Of a stretch of 64,000 bases of DNA, positions 62,891-64,000 are shown one piece after another (within the stretch, counting starts at the first letter, position 1; each line of letters starts with the position of its first letter). Under the pieces are notes generated by a model that worked only from the letters and a program-made list of their open reading frames with translations, had not been told where the DNA came from and did not search any database. Source of the stretch: Mobula hypostoma (taxonomy: Eukaryota). The translations under genes were made by a program, and so were the position numbers. The stretch covers positions 40,550,001 through 40,614,000 of the forward strand of contig NC_086097.1 of assembly GCF_963921235.1 (NCBI RefSeq), read 5' to 3'.

Positions 62891-64000
62891 TGAATCAGAA
62901 TCAGGTTTATTATCACCGGCATGTGACATGAAATTTGTTAAGTTAGTAGCAGGAGTTCAATGCAATAAATAATCTAGCAGACAGAGAAAAAAATAATAAT
63001 AAAATAAAACATAATAAATAAATGAGTAAATCAATTATGTGGATTGAATAGATTTTAAAAATGTGCAAAAGCAGAAATACTGTATAGTTTTAAAAAAAAG
63101 TGAGGTAGTGTCCAAAGCTTCAATGTCTATTTCGGAATCGGATGGCGTAAGGGAAGAAACTGTTCCTGAATCGCTGAGTGTGTGCCTTCAGGCTTCTGTA
63201 TCTCCTACCTAATGGTAACAGTGAGAAAAGGGCATGCCCTGGGTGCTGGAGATCCTTAATAATGAACGCTGCCTTTCTGAGACACCGCTCCCTGAAGGTG
63301 TCCTGGGTACTTTGTAGGCTAGTGACCAAGATGGAGCTGACTAGATTTACAACCTTCTACAGCTTCTTTCAGTCCTGTGCAGTAGCCCCTCCATACCAGA
63401 CAGTGATGCAGCCTGTCAGAATGCTCTCCACGGTACAACTATAGAAGTTTTTGAGTGTATTTGTTGACATGCCAAATCTCTTCAAATGCATAATAAAGTG
63501 TAGCTGCTGTCTTGCCGCCTTTATTGATATGTTGGGACCAGGTTAGATCCTCAGAGATCTTGACCCAGGATCTTGAAGCTGCTCACTCTCTCCACTTCTG
63601 ATCCCTCTATGAGGATTGGTATGTGCTCCTTTGTCTTACCCTACCTGAAGTCCACAATCAGCTCTTTCATCTTACTGACGCTGAGTGCCAGGTTGTTGCT
63701 GTGACACCACTCCACTAGTTGGCATATCTCACTCCTGTGTGCCCTCTTGTCACCACCTGAGATTCTACCAACAATGGTTGTATCGTGAGCAAATGTGTAG
63801 ATGGTATTTGAGCTATGCCTAGCCATACAGTCATGGGTATAGGGAGAGTAGAGCAGTGGGCTAAGCACACATTCTTGAGGTGCATCAGTGTTGATCATCA
63901 GTGATGAGGACATGTTATCACCAATCTGCACAGACTGGTCTTCCGGTTAGGAAGTTGAGGATCCAATTTCAGAGGGAGGTACAGAGGCCCAGGTTCTGCA
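62891..64000 (-). mobile_element. Rex1/Babar LINE RT and 3' end (runs off window)
   Basis: APQECVLSPLLYSPYTHDC..YTFAHDTTIVGRI..WCHSNNLALSVSKMKELIVDFR and HPGHALFSLLPLGRRYRSLKAHTQRFRNSFFP; tail GAATCAGAATCAGG. Confidence 0.93.

Larger units (their letters stand above)
18726..64000 (+). other. MDGA2: MDGA2 intron 1 (continues beyond window)
   Basis: GTAAGT donor at 18726. No APPTVRIVHSG-like exon 2 seen in the ORF track or by eye; region is dominated by repeats. A short exon could have been missed. Confidence 0.65.

Noticed and set aside
63120..63329. ALKBH8-like (DUF1891) peptide as a host gene
   Set aside because: It is the C-terminus of a Rex1/Babar RT, contiguous with RT motifs and present in several decayed copies.

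Overview
Eukaryotic, repeat-rich vertebrate DNA. The CR1/HER1-type LINEs, HE1-type V-SINEs, Rex1/Babar LINEs and Penelope elements point to a cartilaginous fish, probably a ray (inference). The one host gene I can support is MDGA2: a CpG-rich promoter/5' region (~17.4-18.7 kb) and the first coding exon (18653-18725, signal peptide MDCAYLLSWLLTVVLEGISAQGVY followed by a GT donor). Everything from 18726 to the window end appears to be its very large first intron; I did not find exon 2. The rest is decayed mobile DNA, often nested: a Buster/Charlie hAT transposon split by a retroelement that carries a ~1.85 kb minisatellite, a near full-length CR1 interrupted by a Penelope piece and a solo LTR, and a Tc1 relic. 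The most interesting signal is a dispersed family of short Penelope-derived insertions, often palindromic and flanked by target-site duplications (TSDs), that carry a minimal type I hammerhead ribozyme (one apparently intact copy at 11905-11940). Other points of interest are a micro-uORF abutting the MDGA2 start codon and an unexplained duplicated 94-bp intronic block. Boundaries of decayed repeats are approximate and family names come from recognising motifs, not from database searches.
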